A stretch of DNA of 46,300 nt, from IMG/VR virus record IMGVR_UViG_3300013006_001934, positions 1 through 46,300 of that record, one strand, 5' to 3'. Under the pieces are notes generated by a model. That model searched no databases. It was not told the origin of the DNA and saw only the letters and a list, made by a program, of their open reading frames with translations. Below are positions 37,310-46,300 of the stretch, in pieces. The position numbers were made by a program, and so were the translations under genes. This stretch comes from a virus. Taxonomy: Duplodnaviria > Caudoviricetes. Each line of letters begins with the position of its first letter. Position 1 is the first letter of the stretch.

Positions 37310-38110
37310 TTAAATCATCATATGTTTATATTTGTCAAAATTTGATAGTATATATTTTGGAAGATTTTCCTGGATATCTATTTTCTTTAATTTTACTGAA
37401 GAGTTGTTTAAATCATCAGAGTATATAAAAGTCCCTTGATCTTTTATTCTCTCGTCAAATTGTTTAAAGAACTCCTCTTTTGAGGGAATTTTAGATTTAT
37501 CTAAGGGTTCTATGCAAGATAGATATTTATTATATACTTTCTCTTTGCCTCCTTGATAGCCAAAATGCCATCCAGCTTCTTCGACATGAGAAACATGATC
37601 TTTTATATTCCTTAAGTTTTGAGGAGTATAGTTGATTAAATCTCTTGCTTTTGCGAATATTGTTCCAATCCATGCTTTATCTACAGTTTCTAGATTTAGA
37701 TAAAATACCAAATACTTCATTCCAACTGATAGAAATTTAATATCTTTAAAGTACTCTTCAAATTTATCTTTAATTTCTGGGGCCCAAATTTCATCTACAT
37801 CTGAAATACCTATTATATCATCTTCTTTTAAGTCTGCTTGTTTCAATCCTTTAACTATGCAATTTCTTTGATAGTTTTCCATAGCCCATCCATCTTTTTG
37901 TGGATAATCTGTGATTTTTATATGAATTATTTTATCTAAAAATTTTGAATATCTATTCTTATTTTCTTCAAAATAAAATGGTTTATCTAACAAGGATTGA
38001 GTTTTTGATGCCTCAACTAATATAAATTTGTCTACAACATCATTAAGTACATTGAGTCTAATCTCTAATATATCTAATTCATTATTGAATGGAAAACAAT
38101 CATATATCAT
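37310..38110 (-). CDS. Glycosyltransferase family 17 (MGAT3-like)
   Basis: IYDCFPFNNELDILEIRL, FILVEA, ENYQRN, SDVDEI, GWHF. Confidence 0.88.
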   Translation of the reverse strand: MIYDCFPFNNELDILEIRLNVLNDVVDKFILVEASKTQSLLDKPFYFEENKNRYSKFLDKIIHIKITDYPQKDGWAMENYQRNCIVKGLKQADLKEDDIIGISDVDEIWAPEIKDKFEEYFKDIKFLSVGMKYLVFYLNLETVDKAWIGTIFAKARDLINYTPQNLRNIKDHVSHVEEAGWHFGYQGGKEKVYNKYLSCIEPLDKSKIPSKEEFFKQFDERIKDQGTFIYSDDLNNSSVKLKKIDIQENLPKYILSNFDKYKHMMI

Positions 38111-38913
38111 AGCATCTCTTTGATTATACTAATAATTTTATCGTTTTCAATATTTTCAACTAAATTAGACTCTAAATAATTTGCATTATTATTAATTGGT
38201 TGCCAATTTTTTGAGCTTCTTGCTGATGGGTAATAAGAGTAACCATATAAACCTATAGTTGGAAATGAATATCCAGAAGCAATCCAAGACATAGCGGAGT
38301 CTACTGTAACGAGTAGTTTGCAAGATAAAACAAATTTAATTGTTTCAAAAAATGTGCCAATAAATCTATTTTTACATAATTGGGGTTGATCAGGAAGACC
38401 TATTTGTACAGGAATATATCCCAAAGATTCTATAAAATTTATAATTTCTTTAGCTTTTGAGAGTGAGGGCATTTTGTCTTGCCCTCGTGTCTCTGCAAAT
38501 AAATTAACAGCTATTAAATTTTTATTGTCTTCTGTATTAAAATGTTTATTCAAACTTATAGACAGATCATTTGGTGGAGTTAATCCATGCATTAAGCATA
38601 CTTCTTCTGTTTGATGTCTATTCAAATACCAATTGTCTTGGGTATGCGATGGCATTGGATTAAAAATAATATCAAATTTTTCATTTGAAATAAAATTAGC
38701 ATCTTCTTCTGATGGCCATCCATCATATTTATCCCATATATGTACATTATCTATTAAATCATTATTGAAGAATATATCTTTTAAACTTTCATATTTTTTA
38801 TTAATACCAAAATACAATTTTGAATTTGGAAAATCTCTTTTAAAAGCTTTACATGCTACGAGATTAATGCATAAATCTCCATATTGGCCTTGATTAAATC
38901 CTATGGCTTTCAT
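38107..38913 (-). CDS. Glycosyltransferase family 9-like
   Basis: GQYGDL...FKRDFPNS; LLVTVDSAMSWIASGYSFPTIGLYG. Confidence 0.8.
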   Translation of the reverse strand: MKAIGFNQGQYGDLCINLVACKAFKRDFPNSKLYFGINKKYESLKDIFFNNDLIDNVHIWDKYDGWPSEEDANFISNEKFDIIFNPMPSHTQDNWYLNRHQTEEVCLMHGLTPPNDLSISLNKHFNTEDNKNLIAVNLFAETRGQDKMPSLSKAKEIINFIESLGYIPVQIGLPDQPQLCKNRFIGTFFETIKFVLSCKLLVTVDSAMSWIASGYSFPTIGLYGYSYYPSARSSKNWQPINNNANYLESNLVENIENDKIISIIKEML

Positions 38914-39565
38914 AATATTTTTTAAAGTATTCTATTTTTTCTTCCCTAAATGATGTTCCACCATGACCAATTAGATCATAAGTATTAATATTACCATGAA
39001 ACATTTCATCAGAATTTTCATATAAAAAAGTTTTATCAGAATAATTTAATTTTTGTATTTGTTTATAAAAATCTGTTTCAAGATGATTCATTTCGTTAGG
39101 AATAATATTTTCAATAAGTTGATTTTCTCCAAACCAAACATTTGTTTTTACTCCTGAATCATGACCATTGTCTTTAGCAAAAACAAGTCTTGTTGAATCA
39201 TTTATTTTTGATGCCCAATCAATATAAGCTGAAATGTTATCTTCGTTCATTATAAAATCATAAGTAATTCTATAATGATAGTTTTTACCATATCTATTCA
39301 ATAAACTCAACCCATTTTTAACTAATTGCATTTCTGGGTAGCCATGATAAGAAAATTGTTTATATGATCTATCTATTAAGGTGAAATCTGTTAAATCGAC
39401 TATTCTTTTAGAGATGTAATAACTATCTGATAAAACAACAAAAGAATCCTTAAAAAAAGATCTTATTCCCAAAATTAATTGATAAAGCATCTCTTCTTTG
39501 AGGTCAGATTTTGGGTCATTAGTATTTGAAGTTACTATGAAATTTTGAAATTTTGAATCTATCAT
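38894..39565 (-). CDS. Hypothetical protein, possibly glycosyltransferase-related
   Basis: Inside the glycan cluster; VVLSD...YRITYD pattern only. Confidence 0.5.
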   Translation of the reverse strand: MIDSKFQNFIVTSNTNDPKSDLKEEMLYQLILGIRSFFKDSFVVLSDSYYISKRIVDLTDFTLIDRSYKQFSYHGYPEMQLVKNGLSLLNRYGKNYHYRITYDFIMNEDNISAYIDWASKINDSTRLVFAKDNGHDSGVKTNVWFGENQLIENIIPNEMNHLETDFYKQIQKLNYSDKTFLYENSDEMFHGNINTYDLIGHGGTSFREEKIEYFKKYYESHRI

Positions 39566-40194
39566 AAATTGATCGCAACATGCGGTGGTATGTTTCTAAA
39601 TTTATCGTCCTCTTTTCTCCAAAGCATGCTTGAATGACTCCAATCTAAATTCTTTAATATAAATACGTTTTGATAGAAACTTTTATCATGAATTCTAATC
39701 TCTATAATTTCAAAAGCCATTTGTTCCAAAAATTTAATAAAATTCTGGATAGGGTATAATAATCCTGGATATATAGTGTTATGTTGAGTCGTTGCTTCTG
39801 GTATTGTTAAATAAAGTAAATGATCTTTTTTTAATATATTCTTTATTTCTAGTAAGCAATTATACGGATTAGTTAAGTGCTCTATTGTTTCAAAGCATAA
39901 TACTGTATCAAAAAACTCATTTTTATTTGTATTGAAATTGTCTAGATCTACTTTTTCATAATTAAATGGTGGATTCTCAAAGTCTGCTCCATCATATCCA
40001 TAGTATTTTTTTTGAATGTCTGGAGATAAACGATTATATATAAAGCCAAGTCCACATCCAATATCAGCAATATTTTTGTCTTTTAATTCATTTAATTTAA
40101 GATCTTCTATAAGGAAATCTAATCTGGGTTGATGTGATCTTTCGTATTCTTCGTATGAGTGACCATATGTTTTATAAAAATCTTCATATTTCAT
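39562..40194 (-). CDS. Class I SAM-dependent methyltransferase
   Basis: IADIGCGLG; FDTVLCFETIEHLTNP. Confidence 0.9.
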   Translation of the reverse strand: MKYEDFYKTYGHSYEEYERSHQPRLDFLIEDLKLNELKDKNIADIGCGLGFIYNRLSPDIQKKYYGYDGADFENPPFNYEKVDLDNFNTNKNEFFDTVLCFETIEHLTNPYNCLLEIKNILKKDHLLYLTIPEATTQHNTIYPGLLYPIQNFIKFLEQMAFEIIEIRIHDKSFYQNVFILKNLDWSHSSMLWRKEDDKFRNIPPHVAINL

Positions 40195-40204
40195 ATTGAA
40201 TGTA

Positions 40205-40906
40205 TCAAGGTTTTATGAAAAAAACGCCAGTATAATCAATATTAATAATTTTAATATCAGGTTTATCTTTTAAAAATTCATCTACAGCTCTTCTGCAGCC
40301 TTGCCAATGACCATAATCATCTAGCATAATTACTCCTCCAGAAGCTACAGAATTATAAAACATTTCTAATTCGCATTTTGTACTTTCATACCAATCTGTA
40401 TCAAGTCTTAAGAATGCTATTTTTTCTGGAACATATTCATTTTTACAAATATCACCAACATGATATTTTATTAGATCTTCTGGATAATCAGAACTTATTT
40501 TTATATTATTTTTTACTTCATCTAAAGATGAAATACACAACCAAAATGGATTGCTATTAATTAGGCTATCCGCGGTTCGATTATCTTTATCAAAATCTTT
40601 ATCTGTATGTGGAGTCATACCAGAAAATGTATCATATAGATGTACATTTCTATTTAGAGCATTATTTTTTTGTAATGTCATTAACATCGAGATAATGCTG
40701 CCACCTTTCCAGACTCCAACCTCTACTATGTCTCCTTGTATATTTTGATCTAAAATATATTCTATAGCCTGCGCATTTGCAACAAATCTATCATCTCTAA
40801 TCATTGAGAGTGGATTGCATTTTTCTTTTACATATTCGATGAAATTTTTGAATTCATCGTCAGGTTGTTTATTAAAGAAGTTATTCATATTTATTATCTT
40901 ATGCAT
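40205..40906 (-). CDS. TylF/MycF-family sugar O-methyltransferase
   Basis: GDIVEVGVWKGGS, LYDTFSGM, LRLDTDWYES, LDDYGHWQG. Start may be the internal MNNFF. Confidence 0.92.
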   Translation of the reverse strand: MHKIINMNNFFNKQPDDEFKNFIEYVKEKCNPLSMIRDDRFVANAQAIEYILDQNIQGDIVEVGVWKGGSIISMLMTLQKNNALNRNVHLYDTFSGMTPHTDKDFDKDNRTADSLINSNPFWLCISSLDEVKNNIKISSDYPEDLIKYHVGDICKNEYVPEKIAFLRLDTDWYESTKCELEMFYNSVASGGVIMLDDYGHWQGCRRAVDEFLKDKPDIKIINIDYTGVFFIKP

Positions 40907-41604
40907 TCTATGTCGAAAAATCTAAAAGAATTATCTATATGGTCTTGGTCATGTATTGAATTTCCATAATATTTGAACCACTCTCTTTTAAAGTTGTTTT
41001 CCTGGAGAATATGCCACCATAATCTTTCTGAGCCAGGATTAAAGATGTTTAATTTATCTAAATTATTATAACATCCATCTATGCTAATGTCCATCCATTT
41101 TGGAGATGAATAGAAAAAGTAATCAGCTGGTAAGCCGTCTTTAAAATGATGAACCCATATTTCATCTTCTTGTAATCTCTCCATGTATTCTATTTTAAAT
41201 TCAGATCCTATGACTTGATTATAGTGATTACTTATTGGAGGATTTATTAGTCTTATATCGGCTCTGTGCATTATAACCGCATCATATTTTATATTATTTT
41301 CTTGTTCGTATTTTTTTCTTATCTGATTAACTCTATATCTCGTGGTAAAATGTGGAACCATTGTCATTAGCGGCTGATAGTTATACTCAAGATCTTCTAT
41401 TTCATAAGCTACAGGTTTATAAAGATCAATATATTCTTCACAACTTCCATCTGTAGTCACTTCTGGTCTTTCATTCCCATGAAGTCTCCAAGTATGTATA
41501 AAAATATCAGGATTTAATGTATCTATAATATTCTTTTTAAAAGAATCGTAACACCTTTTAAATGATCTTGGATTTGCTGCTATTTGAATTGCTACTTTTT
41601 TCAT
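40894..41604 (-). CDS. Putative glycosyltransferase-like protein
   Basis: KVAIQIA..PRSF...DIFIHTW...KYDAVIMHRAD pattern; glycan-cluster context. Confidence 0.55.
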   Translation of the reverse strand: MKKVAIQIAANPRSFKRCYDSFKKNIIDTLNPDIFIHTWRLHGNERPEVTTDGSCEEYIDLYKPVAYEIEDLEYNYQPLMTMVPHFTTRYRVNQIRKKYEQENNIKYDAVIMHRADIRLINPPISNHYNQVIGSEFKIEYMERLQEDEIWVHHFKDGLPADYFFYSSPKWMDISIDGCYNNLDKLNIFNPGSERLWWHILQENNFKREWFKYYGNSIHDQDHIDNSFRFFDIECIR

Positions 41605-42260
41605 GAGTCTTTGTATCTTTTTTCTATTGGTATTAAAGAATGGTTTACATAAAGAGCCTCTTCATGAACAAATATACCTTGTTGAAAATTGTTGTAATGA
41701 GAAGCCTTTGGTATATCTATTAAAATTTGACACCAATTCCTATCCTTTAAGAATGGTATCGATAAGTTAGTCTTAGATCCTAAATCATCTAGAAGAATAA
41801 TGCTATTATTATTTAAATTTTTATAAGCAAATTCTATTTCTTTAAGTTGATGTTCATTAGCATTTGGAAATGAACTATCCAAAGAGTCTAGATATAGAAA
41901 ATCAATTGGTTGATTAAAGTTCTTTAAAAAATTCAAAGAATCATCTATTACATATGTAGTCTGATCTTTGTACTCTTCTGTAGCAATTTTGCAGCTTTCT
42001 ATATTGTTTAGTTCAATATCACATGTCCAAACATGCCCACCAAATTTAGATACATAGTCGCAAAAAATTAATGTAGATCCACCATCTGCAGCTCGATCTT
42101 CTATATTAGGACAATTAAGGTAATTTTTTCTTGTTGTTCCAGTCTCGACAAAGTTATTAGGCTTACTATCATCAAGTAAGCTTAATGCTATCTTCATTGT
42201 AGCGAGCCTAGATCCTAATGCTCTATCTCCATTCTCATATCTTTTAAAGAAATTTTTCAT
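41601..42260 (-). CDS. SAM-dependent methyltransferase (Methyltransf_24-like)
   Basis: FVETGT, DGGST, IDFLYLDS, ILLDD. Confidence 0.8.
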   Translation of the reverse strand: MKNFFKRYENGDRALGSRLATMKIALSLLDDSKPNNFVETGTTRKNYLNCPNIEDRAADGGSTLIFCDYVSKFGGHVWTCDIELNNIESCKIATEEYKDQTTYVIDDSLNFLKNFNQPIDFLYLDSLDSSFPNANEHQLKEIEFAYKNLNNNSIILLDDLGSKTNLSIPFLKDRNWCQILIDIPKASHYNNFQQGIFVHEEALYVNHSLIPIEKRYKDS

Positions 42261-42952
42261 TATTTTATTACCTTTTGAATATAAGATCTAAAGTGACTTA
42301 CTAGCTTTTGATAAAAATCTTTACCAAATCCAGGAATATGAATCATTAAATCATCATTTGTCCAGTCTCCGTTAGTATTTAGTGAATCAAGATATGTTCC
42401 ATTGTGATCTCTCACTTCTTTATCACTATATGGATATGAATTCATTGATTTTTGTGGTACTATTTTGATAATATCTTTATACTTTGGATCTTGATAGGTC
42501 GCCATAATAGCTGTTTGCTCTTCGCCAAATTTAAATTTATTTTGTGGTTGTAATTGGTACATCTTTTCTTTTACTTCTTTTAGATACTCCATTCCTTCTT
42601 TTGAATTTTTAAAGATAAAAACTCCAGCATTAATGTTCTGAGAGTAATCTGTACAGATAAAGAAATGATGATTTTCATCTATTAGGTCTTCTATTCTTTT
42701 ATTAAAATTAGTAAAAATTGTATCACAATCGCACCAATAAACATAAGAATATTTACCAGTATTTAGTAGCCCCTCTATAAATAAGATTTTATCAAAACCT
42801 AAATATGCCTCAGTTTGAGTCAAGAAGCATCCAGCGTAATTATTTTTTTCACAATACTCAATCTTATTATTCATCGTGATTTCTGATAGCTCTCTCATAT
42901 CTGGAGTTGATATAGAGCAGACGCAAATCTTTTTATTTAATTCTGTAGACAT
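42260..42952 (-). CDS. Glycosyltransferase, GT34 (GMA12/MNN10)-like
   Basis: NKIEYCEKNNY, YVYWCDCDTIFTN (DxD), INAGVFIFKNS, EQTAI. Confidence 0.82.
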   Translation of the reverse strand: MSTELNKKICVCSISTPDMRELSEITMNNKIEYCEKNNYAGCFLTQTEAYLGFDKILFIEGLLNTGKYSYVYWCDCDTIFTNFNKRIEDLIDENHHFFICTDYSQNINAGVFIFKNSKEGMEYLKEVKEKMYQLQPQNKFKFGEEQTAIMATYQDPKYKDIIKIVPQKSMNSYPYSDKEVRDHNGTYLDSLNTNGDWTNDDLMIHIPGFGKDFYQKLVSHFRSYIQKVIK

Positions 42953-42957
42953 TGAAT

Positions 42958-43563
42958 TTATTTTTTATTTATGACCATCAATAATCCTCTTTCACAAATC
43001 TCATCATTCCTTGAACATTTTGTAAAAAGAAAATTCGGCTTTCCTAATTCATCTGATAGTGTTTTATATCTCATTAGATTTGGAAAATCTCTTGGGTTAA
43101 TATCATGGAAAAACATAAATGAATCTGGTTTCATTATTCTAAAAACTTCTTCAACCCAAGTTCCTGCATTAAAATGATCAGCGTCAGAAACTAAAAAATC
43201 ATATGAATTATCTTCTGCTTGATAAACAAATTCTTTTTCTTGCATCGGAGCAAGAATTTTTGCATTTGTTTTTTTTAGGTTCTCTAGAATTTCTGGTTTT
43301 AAATGCCCACCAAAATCATGAAGATTATCAACGCAAGTTAATTCTCCCATATTGTTGTATTCTATCCCTTGAAGAATTAAACTTGTTACAAAACCAGTAC
43401 CTATTCCTAGCTCTACTATATTTTGAGGTTTTGATGACATCAGCGCGCCTAGAATCAAAACTCCATGAGGAATATCTATTGCTGCTCCATTTGGTCTTAG
43501 CGCATCAAAGCTCATGCTTATTTCAGCACTCTTATTAAAAACATCTCCGAGGCTACTTTTCAT
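42958..43563 (-). CDS. SAM-dependent methyltransferase (Methyltransf_24-like)
   Basis: KPQNIVELGIGTG, YDFLVSDADH, FFHDI. Confidence 0.85.
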   Translation of the reverse strand: MKSSLGDVFNKSAEISMSFDALRPNGAAIDIPHGVLILGALMSSKPQNIVELGIGTGFVTSLILQGIEYNNMGELTCVDNLHDFGGHLKPEILENLKKTNAKILAPMQEKEFVYQAEDNSYDFLVSDADHFNAGTWVEEVFRIMKPDSFMFFHDINPRDFPNLMRYKTLSDELGKPNFLFTKCSRNDEICERGLLMVINKK

Positions 43564-43565
43564 AT

Positions 43566-44366
43566 TTATATATTTCTTATGTACTCTCTAGCAAATTCAG
43601 ATCCTACTTTATCATTTGTTTTTAGAATAAAATCTTTTAATTGATGTATATCAACGTCATGTATAATCTCACCTTGTATCTTTTTCATCTTGTACTTTTG
43701 ATGATAATTAATATATGGGCCATGTTCTATTGCTCCATAATATTGATAGTTTGGTTGGGTTGTACAAATTCCATTATTTTTTATAGATTGATCTAATGAG
43801 TCAAATACGCTTAGCTTATTATATCCATAGCAATCTTTAACCTTCATAACTTCATCTGTTAACAATTCTTTTCTTACAGCCCAATTAGAACAATCAATAC
43901 ATCCATTAACTCCATCCTCTATATTGCTTGTGATGATATCGTAATCAATTAATTCATTCTTTAGATTAACTAAAGATAATGAATCTGATTCTGTAAAATA
44001 ATAATTTGAATTATTGGCTATTGAAAATTTAAAACCTTCCCAATTACCCCTGACTACTCCTCCTCCATGATTCAATTGTTGATTAAATCTTTTCACATGA
44101 AGGAAAATATTTGGATTAAACGAGTATTGATCTTCATTCAGGAATTCAATTTCTTCTTTAGAGATGTCAAATGCTTTCTGGAATTCAATTGGTGAAGCAT
44201 TGTCTACAATGTAAAGATGCTCTTTTGGCCCATAAATATATCTTGCATAATCATACCATATGTTAATAAATTCAGCATGCTTGCAAATGGTATTTCCTCT
44301 TGCTTTATGAATACAGCTATTTGGAGAGGCTTTAGTTGATGCGCCAAAATAAAAGGTTGTAATCAT
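43566..44366 (-). CDS. Hypothetical protein, possible GT-A glycosyltransferase
   Basis: LYIVDNASP and YYFTESD resemble GT2-type motifs. Confidence 0.5.
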   Translation of the reverse strand: MITTFYFGASTKASPNSCIHKARGNTICKHAEFINIWYDYARYIYGPKEHLYIVDNASPIEFQKAFDISKEEIEFLNEDQYSFNPNIFLHVKRFNQQLNHGGGVVRGNWEGFKFSIANNSNYYFTESDSLSLVNLKNELIDYDIITSNIEDGVNGCIDCSNWAVRKELLTDEVMKVKDCYGYNKLSVFDSLDQSIKNNGICTTQPNYQYYGAIEHGPYINYHQKYKMKKIQGEIIHDVDIHQLKDFILKTNDKVGSEFAREYIRNI

Positions 44367-45304
44367 GAATTAACTATACTCTTTTCGGTGTTTATTTTAT
44401 AAATTCTTTTAACCGCTTGATTATTAAAATTTTCTAGATAAGGAGCTAGAATATAACCTTTATTTTCCATAATATTATTAATAATTTTAACCATATGGAC
44501 TGCATCATAATTCAATGGAAAGCAAGTCTCTGGAAACATCAGCCATCTCATTTGATGACTAGGAATAGATGAAAATGGTTGAGATGATTGTTTTGAATAA
44601 GTTAATGTAGGTATTCCATATCCATAAGCAATATATCTAAAGCCGCTATCTGTTGAAAGCATAAATTTTGCATTAGATATTAATTCGCAAACTTCTTGCA
44701 TCGTTCCATTAAATAAATGCACATTAGGTAGATCTTTAACCTTGTCATAAAAATAATTTGTTTCTGGCGTAGATATTAAATATACTTTATGATTTTCCGC
44801 TGTCTCTTTTATTAGCCTTTCAAGATACCAATCTTCTAATCTATGGCCAGCTGACGTAGAGGATATGAGATGAAACACTATATAATCACCTTTTGTGTTA
44901 TCTATTTTTAATTCTGGCTTTGGAAAGAATCTATAATACCTTAACCAATCAAAGTCCATATCAATCCATTTTAATGAATCTATATGAAGATCATAAAACT
45001 TATCATATGTTTCAAACTCTTCTTGTACATCATCTGGAACATTTTCTAAAGCACCATAATAGTTATCTGTGCCAAATTGACAATCTACCCAAAATGGCTT
45101 ATATTTCTTCTTTTGTATAATGTTGATATTTTTATACATAGATGGGTATAGAATGCTCAACCCTTCTTTCTGGAAGGTTTTACCTTCGCTATCTATATAA
45201 GCTGTTATAGAGGCTTCTTTGTATTTTTCTTTTATAGCTGGAACGAATCTATTACCAAGTAAGCAATCTCCTAAGCCACCTTCTAGTCTTACTGCTATGT
45301 TCAT
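44363..45304 (-). CDS. Glycosyltransferase family 9-like
   Basis: EGGLGDCL...IKEKY; LISNAKFMLSTDSGFRYIAYGYGIPTL. Confidence 0.8.
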   Translation of the reverse strand: MNIAVRLEGGLGDCLLGNRFVPAIKEKYKEASITAYIDSEGKTFQKEGLSILYPSMYKNINIIQKKKYKPFWVDCQFGTDNYYGALENVPDDVQEEFETYDKFYDLHIDSLKWIDMDFDWLRYYRFFPKPELKIDNTKGDYIVFHLISSTSAGHRLEDWYLERLIKETAENHKVYLISTPETNYFYDKVKDLPNVHLFNGTMQEVCELISNAKFMLSTDSGFRYIAYGYGIPTLTYSKQSSQPFSSIPSHQMRWLMFPETCFPLNYDAVHMVKIINNIMENKGYILAPYLENFNNQAVKRIYKINTEKSIVNS

Positions 45305-45675
45305 TTTTGGCTATCTCCTTTAGCTATTCTATAGCTATCAGAGTCTTCGTGATGAGTAGAGAATTCTATTATTTCGCTATCCTCTAAAGCTGTTAATTGG
45401 TGAGGTGCAAACCTTGGAATATCAACTACATCACCAACATTAATTTCTTTTGTGAATTCTTCAGCATTTTCTAGATTAATTGATTTTAAGGAAAGCTTGC
45501 CTTTAGATACAAAAAAGGTTTCTTCTTTATTGATATGATAATGCATAGAGAATCTTGCACCATTATTAAACTTTAATATCTTACCACAGTATTCATCGTT
45601 ATTAACTATCCATACTTCCTCACCCCAACCTTTAGTTACATTTTTAAGTGGTTTTCTTGTCTCGATTGATTTCAT
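45301..45675 (-). CDS. Cupin, sugar isomerase-like
   Basis: KGWGEEVWIVN, SMHYHINKEETF, IPRFAPHQL, EFSTHH. Confidence 0.85.
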   Translation of the reverse strand: MKSIETRKPLKNVTKGWGEEVWIVNNDEYCGKILKFNNGARFSMHYHINKEETFFVSKGKLSLKSINLENAEEFTKEINVGDVVDIPRFAPHQLTALEDSEIIEFSTHHEDSDSYRIAKGDSQK

Positions 45676-46300
45676 TATATATATCTAATATACCTTCTTT
45701 TAGATTATATTTGATATTATATTTTAAGTCAATATTTAATTTAGATGTATCTGCTTCTGTGAAAGGTTGGAAAAAGTCATATGGACAATCTATGTATTCA
45801 ATTTCGGACTTTTTATTTAAAACTTCATTAATAGTATCAATAATAGTATTAAAGTCTACAGCTTCTCCTGTTCCTAAATTATAAACCTCATATTCTTTAT
45901 TCTTATCTAAGCTATGGATAAGACAATCTACAACATCTTTAACATAAATGAAATCTCTTTTTTGCTCTCCATGTTTGAATAATTTGGCTTTATTATATTT
46001 ATTAACTTGTTGGAGTAATTGATAAACCATACTTGCGCTTTTGTTTTTAAATTCTTCATTAGAGCCATATACATTAAAGAATCTAAATCCTATTAAATTT
46101 TTAAATTTACTCTTGTATCCTCTGATAAGATTCTCCATTATCATTTTTGAAAAAGCATATGCATTAGCTGGCTTAAGATCGTCTGTTTCTTCACATCTTT
46201 TATCTGTTATTCCATATACCGAAGCTGATGATGCGAAGATAAAGTTTTCAGTATCTACTAGATCTAATAGATTCTTTGAACCTTGAACATTATTATTTAA
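45644..46300 (-). CDS. ADP-L-glycero-D-manno-heptose 6-epimerase-like SDR, 5' end outside the window
   Basis: The frame stays open upstream of 46144 to the edge: FIFASSASVYG...PANAYAFSK; then GFRFFNVYGSNE..K...ASMV, KRDFIYVKDV, QPFTEAD. Confidence 0.8.
   Translation of the reverse strand, partial: LNNNVQGSKNLLDLVDTENFIFASSASVYGITDKRCEETDDLKPANAYAFSKMIMENLIRGYKSKFKNLIGFRFFNVYGSNEEFKNKSASMVYQLLQQVNKYNKAKLFKHGEQKRDFIYVKDVVDCLIHSLDKNKEYEVYNLGTGEAVDFNTIIDTINEVLNKKSEIEYIDCPYDFFQPFTEADTSKLNIDLKYNIKYNLKEGILDIYNEINRDKKTT

Noticed and set aside
1533-46286. Short ORFs antisense to or nested in long genes (e.g. 1533-1760, 3826-4122 poly-Pro, 7408-7653, 15913-16224, 32917-33474, 35940-36374)
   Set aside because: They shadow well-supported genes and have no motifs; the poly-Pro is simply the reverse of the Gly tract.
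1-46300. Stop-codon reassignment
   Set aside because: Genes are full length and tightly packed under the standard code; TAA, TAG and TGA all end genes at sensible positions.
1-46300. tRNA, rRNA or structured ncRNA genes
   Set aside because: Intergenic gaps are under about 70 nt and are accounted for by promoter/RBS elements; no cloverleaf recognised.

Overview
AT-rich (roughly 30% GC by eye), gene-dense fragment of a large tailed dsDNA phage genome, standard genetic code, in four blocks. (1) 1-8549, minus strand: a lambda-like tail-tip operon M-L-K-I-J, with gpJ cut by the left edge. (2) 8617-18475, plus strand, divergent: three paralogous tail-tube-like genes and two IPT/Ig-rich fibre or appendage genes. 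(3) 18472-33948, minus strand: replication and recombination genes (annealing protein, Whirly-like SSB, DnaE split into PHP, exonuclease and polymerase genes, RecB/Cas4-like nuclease, primase, ThyX, DnaB, RecA) plus two glycosyltransferases. (4) 33993-46300, minus strand: a large nucleotide-sugar, glycosyltransferase and methyltransferase cluster. The standout is tail assembly protein I: its ubiquitin-like domain ends in Gly10 fused directly to an intact Hint domain lacking a +1 Cys/Ser/Thr, next to a JAB-peptidase gpK, suggesting a self-activating ubiquitin-like processing or ligation module in phage tail assembly. Other signals: Ig domains apparently split across gene borders, a split GT9, [S/T]-G enrichment in the fibres, and two promoter classes. 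All calls are from motif reading; no database searches were run.
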